DNA from: Callorhinchus milii
Lineage: Eukaryota
DNA length: 64,000 nucleotides
Direction: 5' to 3'
Assembly: GCF_018977255.1 (NCBI RefSeq)
Contig: NW_024704742.1
Coordinates: 35,838,001-35,902,000 of the forward strand
The notes beneath the pieces are model-generated. The model was given only the letters and a program-made list of their open reading frames with translations, searched no databases and was not told the origin of the DNA. The position numbers and the translations under genes are program-made. The stretch's first letter is position 1. Every line of letters starts with the position of its first letter. This document shows positions 62,241-64,000 of the stretch, in pieces.

Positions 62241-63307
62241 ACTTTCGCGTGGGAACAAACATTGAGTTTTAACGCACAGCCAAAGGGGGGGAATCTTTTT
62301 AAACTGAAAATTTATTTGCGATACTTACATCCACTCCATTCACTCTGTGGGAGACACAAATTTTTCCTTTTCTGTCGTGGTAATTTTATATCCTTCAATT
62401 CTGAGTTTGTGGTCTAAATGTGATAGTTTAATTGGATTGCATCATTGAAGCCACTCAACCTTTTAAGAAGCTGGATTATATTCCAAAACATTAAACATAG
62501 TACTAAGAGGCTCTGGCACTTATTGCATGACTAATGCTGTAATGTTGCTGGTCAGTGAATACTTAGATGCAGATTGTTTGTGTAAAAACTACATTGACTG
62601 GTCCTTGATTCTGTCACAATGGGCCTGGAACTATTCTTGAAATGAGGGTAAGTAAGGCTGTCCACTGTCACCCACCTTATTCGATCTATTCATCAATAAT
62701 CTATTGAATTCCACTGAGGGGGGTGGACTTGGTGTGTCTGTCCCAGCCATCATCCTTTAAATCAAAAATGTAGAAGATCACAATGTTTTTTCAGTGCTGT
62801 GTTCTTATTTAATAATAATAATAAAAATAATAAGGCACTTTTCTACCTCCATAACCTTTTCAGAGAAGCAGTGCCCCTTTAAGTGCAAATGAATCCTTTT
62901 CCTGTTGACCTCTTTTCTTGTTTATGCCACTTGCTACTTGCCTCCATATGTCTTGCTTTAGCTGGGAGGGCAGAGTGCCCTAGACCACAGGCATCTCCTC
63001 AATTGGTACTGAGGCCACTCCTTTATCAGTACATTTGTCCTCTGTCTGCGCTCCAAAAATTCAATTCTGGCTCTTGGTTTATTGGACTTGGGTTGGTTTG
63101 AAGAGACTAGTTGACAGAGAGGAAATGAATCATCCTCTGGCAGTCAGGTACCAGACTAGTTACTATTTAACTCCTGGAGCGAGGGAACAAATGGACTTTA
63201 AATGGAATGCCTTAAATGGATCTTAAAACAAGTGATGTCTTAATCATGCATGTAGCAAGTTTGATTTCAGATTTAAATTTTCCTATCTGCATGTTGAGAA
63301 TATTTAT

Positions 63308-63703
63308 GTGTCAGCCTGGCTCAGTGTTAGCACTCTCACCTCTGAGTGACAAGATTGTGGGTTCAAGCCGCACATCGGGACTTGGAATCACATAGTCTAA
63401 GATGACACTTCAGTACAGTGCTGGGCGGGTGTTGCATTGCTGGAGGTGCCATCCCTTGGATGAGTCATTAAATTGATGTCCTGTCTGCCTGTTTAAAGTT
63501 CCAATGTACTATTCGAAAAGAAAAGGGAGTTTCTGGCCAACAATCCCCCAAATAAAATTGGTCACTCATTCCATGGCTATTTGTGGGTGGCTGGCTACCA
63601 TATTTGCCCACAAAACACACAGTCAAACCACTTTATAGTACATCCTGTGAAGCGCTGTCTCGACAACATGATAAGATGCTATACCAAATGCAAGCATTAT
63701 TAT
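63308..63703 (+). mobile_element. SacSINE1-like DeuSINE, near full length
   Basis: GTCAGCCTGGCTCAGTGTTAGCACTCTCACCTCTGAG...GTGGGTTCAAG head; GGAGGTGCCATCCCTTGGATGAG Deu domain; tail. Confidence 0.88.
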
Positions 63704-64000
63704 TGTACAATATTACAATATAATCGTTTTCCTTTTTTTCAAGCACCATTATTCAAAATGTGAAAGCATAATTTTTGAATCAAGATGTCTAATGATAAAA
63801 TTGAGTAATTAATCCTGAACAACTGAGGTTCAATTCTATTTGATTCTAGTGACAAAAATCTACTACAGTGATGACTTAAAAAAATTGTTGCTCTGGAATA
63901 CACTTCTAACATGTATACAAAAAGATAAATATTTTTAAATAAAAATGGCCCTCGTAAACAAAAGGCCCTCCATTTGATTTTAGATACAAGAAGATTTTAG

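Overview
This is AT-rich vertebrate non-coding DNA, either a large intron or a gene desert. The repeat inventory points to a cartilaginous fish, probably a holocephalan such as Callorhinchus. That assignment rests on my recall of repeat consensi, not on a search. I could not support any host protein-coding gene, rRNA, true tRNA gene or CRISPR array. All long ORFs are L2 LINE ORF2 remnants or their antisense shadows. The window is dominated by 5'-truncated L2 and CR1 LINEs and a young tRNA-Ala-derived Deu-domain SINE in several subfamilies. It also holds older SacSINE1-like, AmnSINE2-like and LF-SINE-like relics, a Penelope-like fragment with a decayed hammerhead ribozyme, several palindromic MITE-like elements and short tandem duplications. 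The most interesting signals are: (1) SINE subfamilies that differ in the loop of the 3' LINE-recognition hairpin, with the youngest matching the local young L2; (2) two independent antisense L2-into-L2 insertions with 5-bp target duplications; (3) the hammerhead relic nested in a SINE; (4) a set of minus-strand splice-site-bounded segments that may be a lncRNA; and (5) repeat-free blocks with enhancer-like motif clusters. Repeat boundaries are approximate (about +/-20 bp), and family names come from remembered consensi and need RepeatMasker/Dfam confirmation.
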